Assembly: GCA_963832745.1 (NCBI GenBank)
Contig: CAWHVC010000003.1
Span: forward strand, 736,001-800,000
Reading direction: 5' to 3'
DNA: 64,000 bases
Origin: Candidatus Bathyarchaeota archaeon
GTDB lineage: Archaea > Thermoproteota > Bathyarchaeia > Bathyarchaeales > Bathycorpusculaceae
In this document: piece by piece, positions 40,227 through 50,553 of the stretch
Position numbering within the stretch: position 1 is the stretch's first letter
How the letters are laid out: the number at the start of each line of letters is the position of its first letter
Position numbers and translations under genes: made by a program
Notes under the pieces: model-generated
The model's database searches: none
What the model was told of the DNA's origin: nothing
Seen by the model: the letters and a program-made list of their open reading frames with translations, nothing else

Positions 40227-41330
40227 TTATTGGGCTATGCCCATAGTGTTGCCAACGCCGACAATTACAACAGTGTCAGCCTCTTTAGTGCGTTCCAAAA
40301 TGACCCGTTTAATGGTGACCGTAACATCATCTGCTGCTTTCTCAATCGCAGGAGTCATTGGAGCCAAAACTTCCTTAACTGACTGTTTAACAACCACAGC
40401 GTATACTGGAACTTTGTATTTGGCAGCTGCCTCTTCAATTTTGAATTGGTCAATTCCTGGACCACCAATTGCTGGGCCAACACCTTCAGATACGGTGCCT
40501 GATTCTTCGCCTTCAAGTTTAAGTGCTGCATCCATCATGATAACAAGAGCTATTTTGCCCTGATGTATATCCATTAGTTTAGTTATGGCATCACCGGTTT
40601 TGCCGACTGTTCCACCTGGACCTTTAGCTTTAATAACTATAACTCGTCTGCCCTCAATCGAAGTTTCTGCTCCAACTGTGTCTTGAGCTAACTCGAACTT
40701 TTCATGCGGCATCATAAGTCTTTGAGCTGTGAGTGGTCCTATGCCGTCACCAATTGGTTTTCCAGCCTTAAACGCGTCTGTAAATGCAACATATGCTTCA
40801 GCTTCCTCCAAAATGCTTGGAAGCCGCATATCAATTTCAACCAACGAAAACTGTGAACCACCTTTCTTGCCAACAATGTATGCTTGACGGACAACTTTGT
40901 ACATTTTATGTAGCTCCTGTGTGACTTCAACGAGATTTTGCAGGTTTTGCAGTTGCTGTTCGTTGGCTTGTGGTGCGATTGTTTTGATTTCATCTTTTAC
41001 TCTTTGGTCTGTGTTGTCAAGTACGTGTTCAAACCGACGAGTTACGCCTTTGGGATCCATAGTTGAGGGTCTAATGGTGAAGAACTGCATTAGCCTGTCT
41101 ATTTTTGCGTTTGTTGTTTTTTCGTTGGCTGGGTCTTTGGGCAATGCAGAGATGAGTTCTTGTTTGGCTTTGTCCCTCATGCTGGTTATTTTGGTTAAGG
41201 CTTTTGAAAGGTTGCGTGTGGTTTTGAATGCTTGGATTTTTGTTGAAAAGAAGAATGTGACCACGAAAAAGGCGATGTAGCCAACATACATTATTGTGCT
41301 TAGAATATCCGTTGGTGAAGATGCTGACAT
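40227..41330 (-). CDS. DUF1512-family membrane-anchored protein
   Basis: N-terminal TM, MDPKG, PIGDGIGPL, KAKGPGGTVG, DAALKLEGE, GVGNTMGIAQ C-terminus. Confidence 0.8.
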   Translation of the reverse strand: MSASSPTDILSTIMYVGYIAFFVVTFFFSTKIQAFKTTRNLSKALTKITSMRDKAKQELISALPKDPANEKTTNAKIDRLMQFFTIRPSTMDPKGVTRRFEHVLDNTDQRVKDEIKTIAPQANEQQLQNLQNLVEVTQELHKMYKVVRQAYIVGKKGGSQFSLVEIDMRLPSILEEAEAYVAFTDAFKAGKPIGDGIGPLTAQRLMMPHEKFELAQDTVGAETSIEGRRVIVIKAKGPGGTVGKTGDAITKLMDIHQGKIALVIMMDAALKLEGEESGTVSEGVGPAIGGPGIDQFKIEEAAAKYKVPVYAVVVKQSVKEVLAPMTPAIEKAADDVTVTIKRVILERTKEADTVVIVGVGNTMGIAQ

Positions 41331-41915
41331 TTAGTTTTCTCCTTGTTTTGTTTTTTTGCTTTCTTCTTTCTTTTCAATTTGAGATAGTTGCTTATTAATT
41401 TGAGCTAAATCTTCCTGCATTCTTTTAATCATGTCCTCAAGGTGAGCCCGTTTGTTTTCAAGCACTTTTTTTGTATCTTCTGGTTTGCATTTGCCTTCTT
41501 CAAGAAACATTGCAAATGGCGTTTTAGGAAGTTGTTCTTTGTTGACTTCTACATCCAGCACATCCTTCATGTACTCTTTAAGCAAGTCATACATTGTACT
41601 GACTAACTTGTTTTCTTTTGCTAAAGTATGTTCGAGAACTTTTTTGCCTTCAAGTGTTATGGCGTAAATTTTTCTTTTTCTTTTTGTTTCGCAGTCCCAT
41701 TCCCCGTTGATATATCCAGAGTTTTCCAAATCCTGCAGAATGGGGTAGATTCCGCCTGCTGTTGGTTTCCAAAAGCCGCTGGTTCTTTCATCTATAGCTT
41801 TCATCATTTCATAGCCGTGATGTGGCTTTTTGTTTAGCAATATTAGAACGGCGATTCTAATGTAGCCTTTTTGTGTCTCTTTTAGCCAGCCCGCGGCTTT
41901 CTCTTCGGCATGCAT
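41331..41915 (-). CDS. PadR-family regulator with C-terminal coiled coil
   Basis: HGYEMMKAI, PTAGGIYPILQDLENSGYI, RKIYAITLEG. Confidence 0.92.
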   Translation of the reverse strand: MHAEEKAAGWLKETQKGYIRIAVLILLNKKPHHGYEMMKAIDERTSGFWKPTAGGIYPILQDLENSGYINGEWDCETKRKRKIYAITLEGKKVLEHTLAKENKLVSTMYDLLKEYMKDVLDVEVNKEQLPKTPFAMFLEEGKCKPEDTKKVLENKRAHLEDMIKRMQEDLAQINKQLSQIEKKEESKKTKQGEN

Positions 41916-41974
41916 TTTCCTTTCACTTTGATATGGGACTTATATAGTTACATTACGTAATATTTATATCTTGA

Positions 41975-41988
41975 CGCAATATATTGCG
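41975..41988. promoter_or_regulatory. Perfect palindrome, candidate PadR operator
   Basis: CGCAATATATTGCG in the 107-bp gap between divergent padR and ABC genes; ATTACGTAAT at 41952. Confidence 0.55.
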
Positions 41989-42022
41989 ATGATTACTATC
42001 TGGAATAGGATGTGCTGGATTA

Positions 42023-43039
42023 ATGAATGACAACATAATCGAGGTAAAGAACCTTACTAAGACATTCGGCAAATTCACTGCTGTAGACGACATTTCGTTT
42101 GACGTAAAAAAAGGCGAAATATTTGGTCTTCTGGGCCCAAACGGTGCAGGCAAAAGCACAACTTTGCGTATGCTTTCAACACTGGCAAGACCAACAAAAG
42201 GAACCGCAACAATTGGCGGTTATGATACAGTCAAAAACGATATGGAAGTACGCAAACTAATCGGTATTGTTTCTGAAAAAATGATTATTTACAATCGGCT
42301 AACTGCTAAAGAAAACCTTTGGTTTTTTGGAAACTTGTTTAACATTCCAAAAGATATGTTAAATAAACGAATAGACGAATTGCTTGAACTAGTGAATTTA
42401 ACCAAGTTTAAAGATGCTCAGGTGGGCACTTTTTCAACTGGTATGAGGCAAAGAATGAATGTTATTCGTGCTTTGCTTAACATGCCCAAAGTGCTGTTTC
42501 TCGATGAGCCTACGTTAGGTTTAGATCCTCAATCATCAGTTGAAATCCGCGAGTTCGTAAAGAAACTTAACCGTGAACAAGGAACCACCGTCATCGTTAC
42601 CACTCACATGATGATTGACGCTGACCTAATGTGCGACAGAATCGCAATTGTTGACCACGGCAAAATAATTGCGCTTGACACTTCAACTAATCTTAAAAAA
42701 ATCATTTCAGGAGCAGACACTATGATAATTAAACTTGAAATCGCAAACATGACCCCTGAAATACTTGAAGCTATCAAAAAAATTGATTGTGTTGACACTG
42801 TAACTCAGGAAAACTCTAACAGTTTGCATATTATGGTTCACGGCGAAGACGCATTCGACTCAATAGTTGATAATATCCGAAAAAGAAATGCCAAAATCAC
42901 TTCAATGGCGAACCTTCAGCCAAGTCTTGAAGACGTGTTCTTACACATTACAGGCCATGAAGTGCGTGATGCTGCAGACCAAAAAATTCCGGTTCAACAT
43001 GGTCCACGGGCAATGAGGGCGCAAAGTAGAGTAAGGTGA
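42023..43039 (+). CDS. ABC-2/DrrA-type exporter ATP-binding subunit
   Basis: GPNGAGKST, FSTGMRQR, FLDEPTLGLD, TTH, SLEDVFL. Confidence 0.93.
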   Translation: MNDNIIEVKNLTKTFGKFTAVDDISFDVKKGEIFGLLGPNGAGKSTTLRMLSTLARPTKGTATIGGYDTVKNDMEVRKLIGIVSEKMIIYNRLTAKENLWFFGNLFNIPKDMLNKRIDELLELVNLTKFKDAQVGTFSTGMRQRMNVIRALLNMPKVLFLDEPTLGLDPQSSVEIREFVKKLNREQGTTVIVTTHMMIDADLMCDRIAIVDHGKIIALDTSTNLKKIISGADTMIIKLEIANMTPEILEAIKKIDCVDTVTQENSNSLHIMVHGEDAFDSIVDNIRKRNAKITSMANLQPSLEDVFLHITGHEVRDAADQKIPVQHGPRAMRAQSRVR

Positions 43040-43045
43040 TAGACG

Positions 43046-44230
43046 ATGACTGTACAAACAATCTTAAAACACAGCTTTAGAATCGCTTGGAAAGACCTGA
43101 TGGAGCTTTTCCGTAACCGCTTAGGCTTGGTCCTCTTAATTGTTATGCCATTGTTCATGATGGTTATGGTTGGTTTCATTTACCCAACTAACGGTACAGT
43201 TACAGACCTGCAAGTAGGTGTAGTTAACCAAGATGCAGGCTTTAATGGCATGTACCTGCCAAGTCAAGGCTTTCTAACGGGTCTTAACCAAATCAACAAT
43301 CAGACGCACATGCTCATAATGTCCAACGTGTCCAGCTTAGATGACCTTAAAGATCAAGTGCAGAGAGGGCAACTGGAAGGTGGCATTGTGATACCCAGCA
43401 ACTTCTCCCAAAGCATAATGAGTGGACAACAAGGTACCATCATAATCGTTAGTGACGAATCTAACCCGCAGATATCAGCAACAATTCAAGGCGCTTTGAA
43501 AGGCGTATTTGGCGCAATGAGTACACAACTTGCCATTAACAATGTTAAGCCATTAAACGCGACAAACTCACTTGCAGTCGTAGAACCCTACAATGTTCAA
43601 ACTCAAGGTGTCGTCTCAGGAAATCCAAGCTACTTTGACTTCATTGCACCAGGCATCATGGCTATGACCGTAATGATGAGTGTCATGACAGGTTTACCTG
43701 TAGCTATTTCACAAGAGAAAGAAATCGGTACAATGGACGGTATGATGGTTGCACCAGTAAACCGGTTATCTATCCTGCTTGGTAAAACTATGGCTCAAAC
43801 AGCCAGAGGCTTAATCCAAGGCGTAATAATCTTGGCATTGGCTATAGGTATATTTGGTGTCACCATACAAGGAAACATCTTGCTAGTGTTTGCGTTACTG
43901 CTGCTGGGTGTATTTAGCTTTGTAGGTTTAGGCATCGTCGTAACATCATTCACTAAAGACCAAGAAACCGCGCAGATGCTCATGATGACATTGATGTTCC
44001 CTATGATGTTCCTTGGCGGAGTGTTCTTCCCGATACAGCAAATGCCCTGGTACATGCAAGATATCGCACATTTCCTACCGCTAACATATGCAAGCGATGC
44101 TCTTCGAAAAGTTATGGTGCTTGGCGCTGGTATTCCACAGATATCCACTGAACTGATAATCCTGATTGGATTCGGTATAGTGATGATCGCTATTGCTTTG
44201 CCAGTGTTCAGACGAATGATGACTCGCTAA
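43046..44230 (+). CDS. ABC-2 type exporter permease
   Basis: EKEIGT...VAPV..SILLGK, FLGGVFFP, PLTYASDALR; six-TM pattern. Confidence 0.92.
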   Translation: MTVQTILKHSFRIAWKDLMELFRNRLGLVLLIVMPLFMMVMVGFIYPTNGTVTDLQVGVVNQDAGFNGMYLPSQGFLTGLNQINNQTHMLIMSNVSSLDDLKDQVQRGQLEGGIVIPSNFSQSIMSGQQGTIIIVSDESNPQISATIQGALKGVFGAMSTQLAINNVKPLNATNSLAVVEPYNVQTQGVVSGNPSYFDFIAPGIMAMTVMMSVMTGLPVAISQEKEIGTMDGMMVAPVNRLSILLGKTMAQTARGLIQGVIILALAIGIFGVTIQGNILLVFALLLLGVFSFVGLGIVVTSFTKDQETAQMLMMTLMFPMMFLGGVFFPIQQMPWYMQDIAHFLPLTYASDALRKVMVLGAGIPQISTELIILIGFGIVMIAIALPVFRRMMTR

Positions 44231-44239
44231 AATGTCAAA

Positions 44240-44273
44240 AAGGGGGGCAGTTGCCCTCTTAACCTGTTTTTTT
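44240..44273 (+). terminator. Hairpin plus T-tract after the ABC operon
   Basis: AAGGGGGGCA-GT-TGCCCTCTT followed by TGTTTTTTT. Confidence 0.55.
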
Positions 44274-44320
44274 AATATATATTTTGAATTAAATAATCCT
44301 TTATATCCAAAGTTTAACTA

Positions 44321-44617
44321 ATGGTTATGCCTCAAAAGAGCGTTCGCCTAACAATAATACTTCTAACAAACATCGCCCTAATCACCTTAAGCCTGCTTCT
44401 CCTGTTTTATCCCACTTCTACTGTTTCCGCTATCAACACATCTAGCAACCAAAGCTTTGCCATAGATGAACAATACGTCCAAAACAAAGCGCCCACTTCA
44501 ATGGCAATCTTGCAAAGCGCAATTTTTCTGCCAATCCTAAAAATACTAACCGTAATTGGCATGGTAACAATGAGTTACGTTTTACTCTCTAAACTCTTTT
44601 CAAACACCAGGTATTAA
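44321..44617 (+). CDS. Hypothetical two-TM membrane protein
   Basis: 98-aa ORF with two hydrophobic segments. Confidence 0.55.
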   Translation: MVMPQKSVRLTIILLTNIALITLSLLLLFYPTSTVSAINTSSNQSFAIDEQYVQNKAPTSMAILQSAIFLPILKILTVIGMVTMSYVLLSKLFSNTRY

Positions 44618-44697
44618 ATCCCATTTATAATTTAAAATTAAATGCATAAATTCTGCGTCAAACATGTAATAAGTAAAATATTTGCAAAACTGTTGAG

Positions 44698-44918
44698 ATG
44701 TTTATAGCTTCAAAAGTTACAATAATTGCAAGTTGCTGGTTTTCAATAAGTGTTATTGCTTCTGTTAAAATGATAATGTTCGCAGACAGACTTGGCGACA
44801 TTTTTTTTGGGTACTTTTGCCAGTTGGTGCCTTGGTTTTTGTAGGCTTAATTGTTACTTTGCTGATCGCCCAAAAACAAGTCACCCACGTTATCACCAAC
44901 CTATTTGAATCCTATTAG
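44698..44918 (+). pseudogene. Small two-TM membrane protein with an apparent frameshift at about 44810
   Basis: MFIASKVTIIASCWFSISVIAS...DIFFG; one extra G gives VLLPVGALVFVGLIVTLLIAQK..., ending at a TAG inside repeat copy 3. Confidence 0.35.
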
Positions 44919-44993
44919 AAATAGTGTGCAGAAACCTAAGGGGGGTAGGTGCTATTGACGCGTTTTTACGCCATTAGGATGTTGAAAAACAGT
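44894..44993 (+). repeat. Dispersed intergenic repeat, copy 3
   Basis: CACCAACCTATTTGAATCCTATTAGAAATAGTGTGCAGAAACCTAAGGGGGGTAGGTGCTATTGACGCGTTTTTACGCCATTAGGATGTTGAAAAACAGT. Confidence 0.85.
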
Positions 44994-45013
44994 TGTTATT
45001 GGTGTTTACTGTC

Positions 45014-45601
45014 CTACTCAGCTAGCAGGTAACCGCCAAACCCGATTGTCCACAAGAACAATGGATAAACTATTAACCGTTCTATTCCTCCAAAGCATAT
45101 GCCTATATTGAAAAGAGAACTTGGTTTTCCCGCTAAAAGCGATAGAACAAATGCAACAAGAGAGAACACACCCAAAACTGCAGAAACATAGGAAAAAGGC
45201 GACTTTAAAAATTTAAAGGAAAGTATTGCGACTGCTGCCCATGAAATAAAGAAGGCTAACGCAAAAATGAGGTGCACTGGGCCAAAAATGTCCTCAGTAA
45301 CTATACCTACACCGGTATTGCCAATGCCTGCAATGATCAATGATCCAATGAACAGCCTATTTTTCAAATATTTCCTAACAAGTAATGCACCCGTAACAAT
45401 GGTTATCCCAAGCAGGACAGTTGATACATTAAAAATTGCGGCAGCGCTGCCTGCTAAAGTCCAACTGCCTAAGTCACTCATGGCCTGTTGACCAACATTG
45501 TAGCCAGGATAAAGTGCCTCACAAATGATTACGGCAAGAATAAATTGGGTTGGGCCAGCAAAGAAAAGCAAGCCAGCCTTCGTCTTGTTACTTTGAAACA
45601 T
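45014..45601 (-). CDS. DUF998-family membrane protein
   Basis: EALYPGYN...QAMSDLG, IFN, GVGIVTED...H, GGIERLIVYP. Confidence 0.8.
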   Translation of the reverse strand: MFQSNKTKAGLLFFAGPTQFILAVIICEALYPGYNVGQQAMSDLGSWTLAGSAAAIFNVSTVLLGITIVTGALLVRKYLKNRLFIGSLIIAGIGNTGVGIVTEDIFGPVHLIFALAFFISWAAVAILSFKFLKSPFSYVSAVLGVFSLVAFVLSLLAGKPSSLFNIGICFGGIERLIVYPLFLWTIGFGGYLLAE

Positions 45602-45765
45602 ATTTTGAGGTGCAGTTTAGGGCTTATAATGTTTGATTACTACAAATATTGTTTTTTGCTGACCTGTTTGGCTCGAAAAAGCCTCAACACAGCCATCAGC
45701 CATGTGTTAGCTACTGTAAAATTAATTAAGTGTCCTGAATTTAGATATCATGGTAATGATTACAA

Positions 45766-46569
45766 ATGAACGATGCACGACCCATCATCCTGAAACTCGG
45801 CGGTTCAGCCATCACCGACAAGACCGCGGAGGCAAGTCCGAACACTCAAATAATCAACCGCTTAGCTGAAGAAATCAAACGCGCAGACCTTGACAACCTG
45901 ATTGTTGTTCACGGAGGCGGCAGCTTCGGTCACCCAGCAGCAGCTAAATATGGCATAAAAGATGGTTACAAAGAAGACCCAACACAAAAGTTTGGTTTCG
46001 CCGAAACCCACCATATGATGACCGTTCTTAACGGTTTAGTTATGGATGCACTTATTTGGCATGAAATCCCCGCAGTCAGCATTGCCCCATCATGCTGCAT
46101 GGTCACAGAAAACGGTAAAGTCAAAACCTTCGATGAAACAGCTCTTAAAGCAATGAGCAAACTTGTTTTCACACCAGTAATGTATGGCGATGCTGTTATG
46201 GACGAAAAATTGGGATTCACAATCCTAAGCGGTGACCAACTCGTAACCTACCTCGCGTTAAAGTATAATGCTGAAAAAATCGTTATCGGTGTAGACACTG
46301 ACGGCATCTTTGAAGCAGACCCAAAAACCAATCCGGAAGCAAAACCATTTAAAAAATTAAATCTTGCAGAACTTAAAGCGTTGCAGCCTAAACTTGGAAA
46401 AGCAGCCGGAACCGACGTTACAGGCGGAATGGCAGGTAAAATCGCTGAACTTATCCCAGCCGTGGAAGCCGGAATTCCAGTCACAGTTACTGGAGCCACA
46501 AAAGCCTTATCTATTTACAGAGCCTTAACAGACCAAAGCGTGTTAGGCACTGTAATAGAGAAGACGTAA
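45766..46569 (+). CDS. ipk: Isopentenyl phosphate kinase
   Basis: LKLGGSAITDK, VHGGGSFGH, LSGD, DVTGGMAGK; first gene of the isoprenoid operon. Confidence 0.93.
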   Translation: MNDARPIILKLGGSAITDKTAEASPNTQIINRLAEEIKRADLDNLIVVHGGGSFGHPAAAKYGIKDGYKEDPTQKFGFAETHHMMTVLNGLVMDALIWHEIPAVSIAPSCCMVTENGKVKTFDETALKAMSKLVFTPVMYGDAVMDEKLGFTILSGDQLVTYLALKYNAEKIVIGVDTDGIFEADPKTNPEAKPFKKLNLAELKALQPKLGKAAGTDVTGGMAGKIAELIPAVEAGIPVTVTGATKALSIYRALTDQSVLGTVIEKT

Positions 46570-46570
46570 A

Positions 46571-47653
46571 ATGGCTGCTCAGAAAACTGAAAAAAGAAAA
46601 GGCGAACATATTCGAATCTGCCTTGAAGAGAAGGCACAAGCAAGAAACGTGACAGCAGGGTTTGAGGACATAAAGTTTGTCCATCGGGCTCTGCCTGAAG
46701 TTAACAGAAAGGACATAAACCTTTCAACTTCTTTTTTAAACAAAAAATTTAATGCCCCCCTTATTGTTGGAGCCATGACCGGTGGCACAGAGGAAGCCAT
46801 TAAAATAAACCAAAACATCGCAGTGGCAGTTGAAAAACTTGGAATAGGCATGGGTTTGGGAAGCCAAAGAGCAGCCATAGAAGCACCATGCCTCGAAAAA
46901 ACCTATTCAGTTGCACGCAAAGCCGCACCAAACGCTTTCTTAATCGCCAATGTTGGTGGCGTTCAGCTTGTTCACGGTTATGGCGTCAAAGAAGCCCGGA
47001 AAGTCATTGAAATGATAGATGCCGATGCGGTTGCAATTCATCTTAACGCTTTGCAGGAGGCGGTTCAGCCTGAAGGGCAAACCAACTTCAAAGGGGTCCT
47101 TACAAAAATCGGTGAAATTGCAGGTGAACTTGACAAGCCTGTCATCGTCAAAGAAACTGGTGCAGGCATTTGTGCCGAAGACGCTAAAGCGCTTAAAGAT
47201 GCAGGCGTAAAAGCAATTGACGTTGGCGGTGTTGGCGGAACTAGTTTTGCTGCTGTAGAATACTACCGCGGAGAAAAAATGTTGGGTGAAGCTTTTTGGG
47301 ATTGGGGCATTCCAACCGCTGCAAGTATCGTTGAAGTGTCTGTGTCTGCAAAGTTGCCTGTAATCGGGTCAGGCGGAGTCCGAACGGGAAATGATATCGC
47401 AAAAACCATCGCGATAGGTGCAAGTTTAACCGCCATGTCCCAACCCGTGCTAGAAGCAGCAGTTAAGGGGAGCGTTGAAACAGAACAGTTACTTAAGGGC
47501 TATATTGATGAGTTGCAGAATGTGATGTTTCTTGTTGGCGCAGAAAACGTTGCAGCTTTAGCTAAGGTTCCCTTGGTTATCGGCGGCAAAACTGCGGAGT
47601 GGTTAAAAACTAGAGGATTTAACATAGAAGGGTACGCACGTAGAGGAGCATGA
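46571..47653 (+). CDS. fni: Type 2 isopentenyl-diphosphate isomerase
   Basis: RKGEHI, AMTGG, GSQRAA, HLNALQEAVQPEG, VKETGAG, GGTSFAAVE, WGIPT. Confidence 0.96.
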   Translation: MAAQKTEKRKGEHIRICLEEKAQARNVTAGFEDIKFVHRALPEVNRKDINLSTSFLNKKFNAPLIVGAMTGGTEEAIKINQNIAVAVEKLGIGMGLGSQRAAIEAPCLEKTYSVARKAAPNAFLIANVGGVQLVHGYGVKEARKVIEMIDADAVAIHLNALQEAVQPEGQTNFKGVLTKIGEIAGELDKPVIVKETGAGICAEDAKALKDAGVKAIDVGGVGGTSFAAVEYYRGEKMLGEAFWDWGIPTAASIVEVSVSAKLPVIGSGGVRTGNDIAKTIAIGASLTAMSQPVLEAAVKGSVETEQLLKGYIDELQNVMFLVGAENVAALAKVPLVIGGKTAEWLKTRGFNIEGYARRGA

Positions 47654-47660
47654 ATAGCGT

Positions 47661-48731
47661 TTGGATATTGAAAAGTTTCTTGAGGAAAAAGCGCCTTTAG
47701 TTGACAAAGCTATTGAAAAGTATATTCCCCGCAAATTCACTAAAGACTCCATCCTTTTCCAAGTTACACCGCCAGCTTACAGCTACAACCTGGAAACGAT
47801 GGATAAAGCAATAGCTGATCCTATCTGGGACATGCTGGACCGTGGAGGAAAACGTTGGCGCCCCGCATTGTTTCTGCTCATCTGTGAAGCCTTAGGCAAA
47901 CAAGAAGGTTACTGCGCAGACTTCGCAATCATCCCAGAAGTCATCCACAACGGCACACTTGTTATTGACGACATTGAAGACACTTCCGAGTTGCGTCGAG
48001 GAAAACCCTGCACTTACAAACTGTACGGGTTAGATATTTCAGTTAACGTCGGTAACGCAATGTACTATCTGCCCTTGCTGGCTTTAATGACTAAAGAGGT
48101 TGATTTGCCGGCAGAGATGCTAAAGGGCGTTTACGAAGTTTACGTGCAAGAAATGGTAAACTTAAGCATGGGACAAGCCATGGACATAGCATGGCATCGT
48201 GGCTTAGCAAACGCTGACAACATCGGCGAAGATGATTACTTGCAAATGTGCGCCTATAAAACAGGTACCTTAGCACGTATGGCTGCAAAGATGGCTGCTG
48301 TTCTCGCAGGCGCAGACAAACAACTTGTCGAGAAGCTCGGAAGGTTTGCTGAAAGCATCGGTGTCGCGTTTCAGATGCAGGATGACATTTTAGATTTAAC
48401 TGGGCAAGAGTTTGCTAAAAAGAAAGGCGGCGTTGGTCAAGATATTACGGAAGGCAAACGCACATTAATGGTTATTTTTACTCTTGAAAACGCAAAAGAC
48501 GCTGATAAGAAGCGGCTTATTGAAATCTTAAATATGCACACCAGCGACCAGAATCTGCGTGATGAAGCAATTGCGCTTATGCAGAAGTACCATGCTATCG
48601 AACACACCAAGCAGACTGCAGAAAAAATCGTGATTGACAGCTGGAACGAGGTTGACCGCTTATTGCCTACGCCGGAGGCTAAGGAAAAATTAAAAGCGTT
48701 CGCCGAATTCTTGATTAAAAGAAATATGTAA
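47661..48731 (+). CDS. Geranylgeranyl diphosphate synthase
   Basis: GGKRWRP, FARM LVIDDIED..LRRG, GQAMD, YKT, SARM FQMQDDILD, DITEGK. Confidence 0.92.
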   Translation: MDIEKFLEEKAPLVDKAIEKYIPRKFTKDSILFQVTPPAYSYNLETMDKAIADPIWDMLDRGGKRWRPALFLLICEALGKQEGYCADFAIIPEVIHNGTLVIDDIEDTSELRRGKPCTYKLYGLDISVNVGNAMYYLPLLALMTKEVDLPAEMLKGVYEVYVQEMVNLSMGQAMDIAWHRGLANADNIGEDDYLQMCAYKTGTLARMAAKMAAVLAGADKQLVEKLGRFAESIGVAFQMQDDILDLTGQEFAKKKGGVGQDITEGKRTLMVIFTLENAKDADKKRLIEILNMHTSDQNLRDEAIALMQKYHAIEHTKQTAEKIVIDSWNEVDRLLPTPEAKEKLKAFAEFLIKRNM

Positions 48732-48738
48732 GACTTAC

Positions 48739-50541
48739 GTGAGCGTAGAAGATTTGTCACTTGAACAAGATAATGATTTAAGAGATTTAATTAGGAAAGC
48801 TGCTTTACTTAACGCGGTTTCTCATGATGGTAAAGCTCAGGCAGGCGCTATGGTTGGCAAAGTTCTTGGAGAAAGACAGGAACTGCGGTCACGCGTTAAG
48901 GAGCTTTCCGTTGTAATTGCTAATGTAGTTAACGAAGTTAATGGTCTTTCTTTGGTTGAGCAGAAGGCTATTGTGGAGCAGAATTGGCCTGAAACTCAAA
49001 AGAAAGAAAAACCCGAAGAAAAACGTCTTCCTGCCCTGCCAAATGCAGATAAATACAAACAAATAGTTACAAGATTCTCCCCGAATCCTGATTGTGTACT
49101 GCATCTTGGTAGTGCCCGAGCTATTGTTCTTAGCCATGAATACGCGCGTATGTATAACGGCAAATTTATTCTACGCTTCGAAGATACTGACCCCAAAATC
49201 AAAAAACCAGCCTTAGAATTTTATGAGAGCATCAAGAAGGACCTCAAATGGCTCGGTGTTAAAGTTGATGAAGAATATATTCAAAGCGACAGGCTTCCAA
49301 TTTATTATGAGTACGTGGAAAAACTGGTTGGTTTGGGTGCAGCGTATGTTTGTGAATGTCAAGCTGAAGTGTTCCACAATATCACTCTTGCCCGAGAAGC
49401 TTGCCCCTGCCGAGATTTGGCGCCTGCAGATCAGCTTGAGCGTTGGCACAAAATGTTAAACGGCGGCTACAAGGAAGGCCAAGCTGTTGTGCGTGTTAAA
49501 ACTGAGCTTGACCATCCTAACCCGGCTGTACGTGATTGGCCTGCCCTACGCATTATTGACACCAAGAAGTATCCGCATCCACGTGTAGGTAGCAAATATA
49601 CTCTTTGGCCACTCTACAATTTAGCTGCGGGTATAGATGATCACTTGATGGGTATGACTCACATCATTCGCGGTAAAGAGCATTACACTAACATGATACG
49701 TCAAAAATACATGTATAACGCGCTTGGCTGGGAATATCCTGAAGCTATACATTACGGTAGACTCAAAATTACGGGCGCGTTCCTTAGCAAATCAAAAATT
49801 ATCGCGGGCGTAAAAGACGGCACTTACGCAGGTTTTGATGACCCCCGTCTGGGTACTTTTGCTGCTTTGCGTAAACGTGGTATTACTCCTGAAGCTATCA
49901 AAAAAATGATTATTGATGTGGGTATAAAATCTAATGATGTTACATTAAGCTGGGAGAACTTGTACTCGTATAACCGTAAAATCTTGGACGCTTCAAGCAA
50001 CAGGTACTTCTTCGTGTCAGAACCCGTTGAACTTAAAGTTTCTGGGCTGCCTAAAGCGTTCACTTCCAAGCTGCCTCTGCATCCTGAAAAGCCAGAAAAA
50101 GGTTTCCGAGAATACACAGTAACCCCAACAGGCGACGACTCATCAGTGAGTTTCTGGATACCCAAAAAAGACGCAATGAACATGGAGCAGGGCAAAATCG
50201 TTAGGCTCATGGAACTCTTCAATGTGGAAACCTTAAAAGTAGGCAAGCAAGCAACCATTGACGCTGTTGAACCTAAAATCATGTCTGTTGACGCTAAATT
50301 CTCCAGCGAATCCTATGAGGACGTTAGAAAAATCAAGGTTCAACTTATCCAGTGGATTCCTAAAGGTACAGAGTTTCTTTGTGAAATTGTCCTTCAAGAC
50401 GCTTCCAGAATGGAGGGTTTTGCTGAGAGTGAATGCAAAAAATTAAAGTCGGACATGATTATACAGTTTGAACGGTTTGGGTTTACCCGCGTGGATGAAG
50501 TTAGCTCCCAGAAAATGGTGGCTTACTTCGCGCACAAGTAA
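48739..50541 (+). CDS. gltX: Glutamate--tRNA ligase
   Basis: TRFSPNPD..HLGS, LRFEDTDP, THIIRGKEH, LSKS, DDPRLGT, QFERFGF. Confidence 0.96.
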   Translation: MSVEDLSLEQDNDLRDLIRKAALLNAVSHDGKAQAGAMVGKVLGERQELRSRVKELSVVIANVVNEVNGLSLVEQKAIVEQNWPETQKKEKPEEKRLPALPNADKYKQIVTRFSPNPDCVLHLGSARAIVLSHEYARMYNGKFILRFEDTDPKIKKPALEFYESIKKDLKWLGVKVDEEYIQSDRLPIYYEYVEKLVGLGAAYVCECQAEVFHNITLAREACPCRDLAPADQLERWHKMLNGGYKEGQAVVRVKTELDHPNPAVRDWPALRIIDTKKYPHPRVGSKYTLWPLYNLAAGIDDHLMGMTHIIRGKEHYTNMIRQKYMYNALGWEYPEAIHYGRLKITGAFLSKSKIIAGVKDGTYAGFDDPRLGTFAALRKRGITPEAIKKMIIDVGIKSNDVTLSWENLYSYNRKILDASSNRYFFVSEPVELKVSGLPKAFTSKLPLHPEKPEKGFREYTVTPTGDDSSVSFWIPKKDAMNMEQGKIVRLMELFNVETLKVGKQATIDAVEPKIMSVDAKFSSESYEDVRKIKVQLIQWIPKGTEFLCEIVLQDASRMEGFAESECKKLKSDMIIQFERFGFTRVDEVSSQKMVAYFAHK

Positions 50542-50553
50542 GGAGGTAAAAAA

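Noticed and set aside
35920-45601. Possible genomic island integrated at tRNA-Glu
   Set aside because: No integrase, and no duplicated tRNA 3' end was seen in the window.
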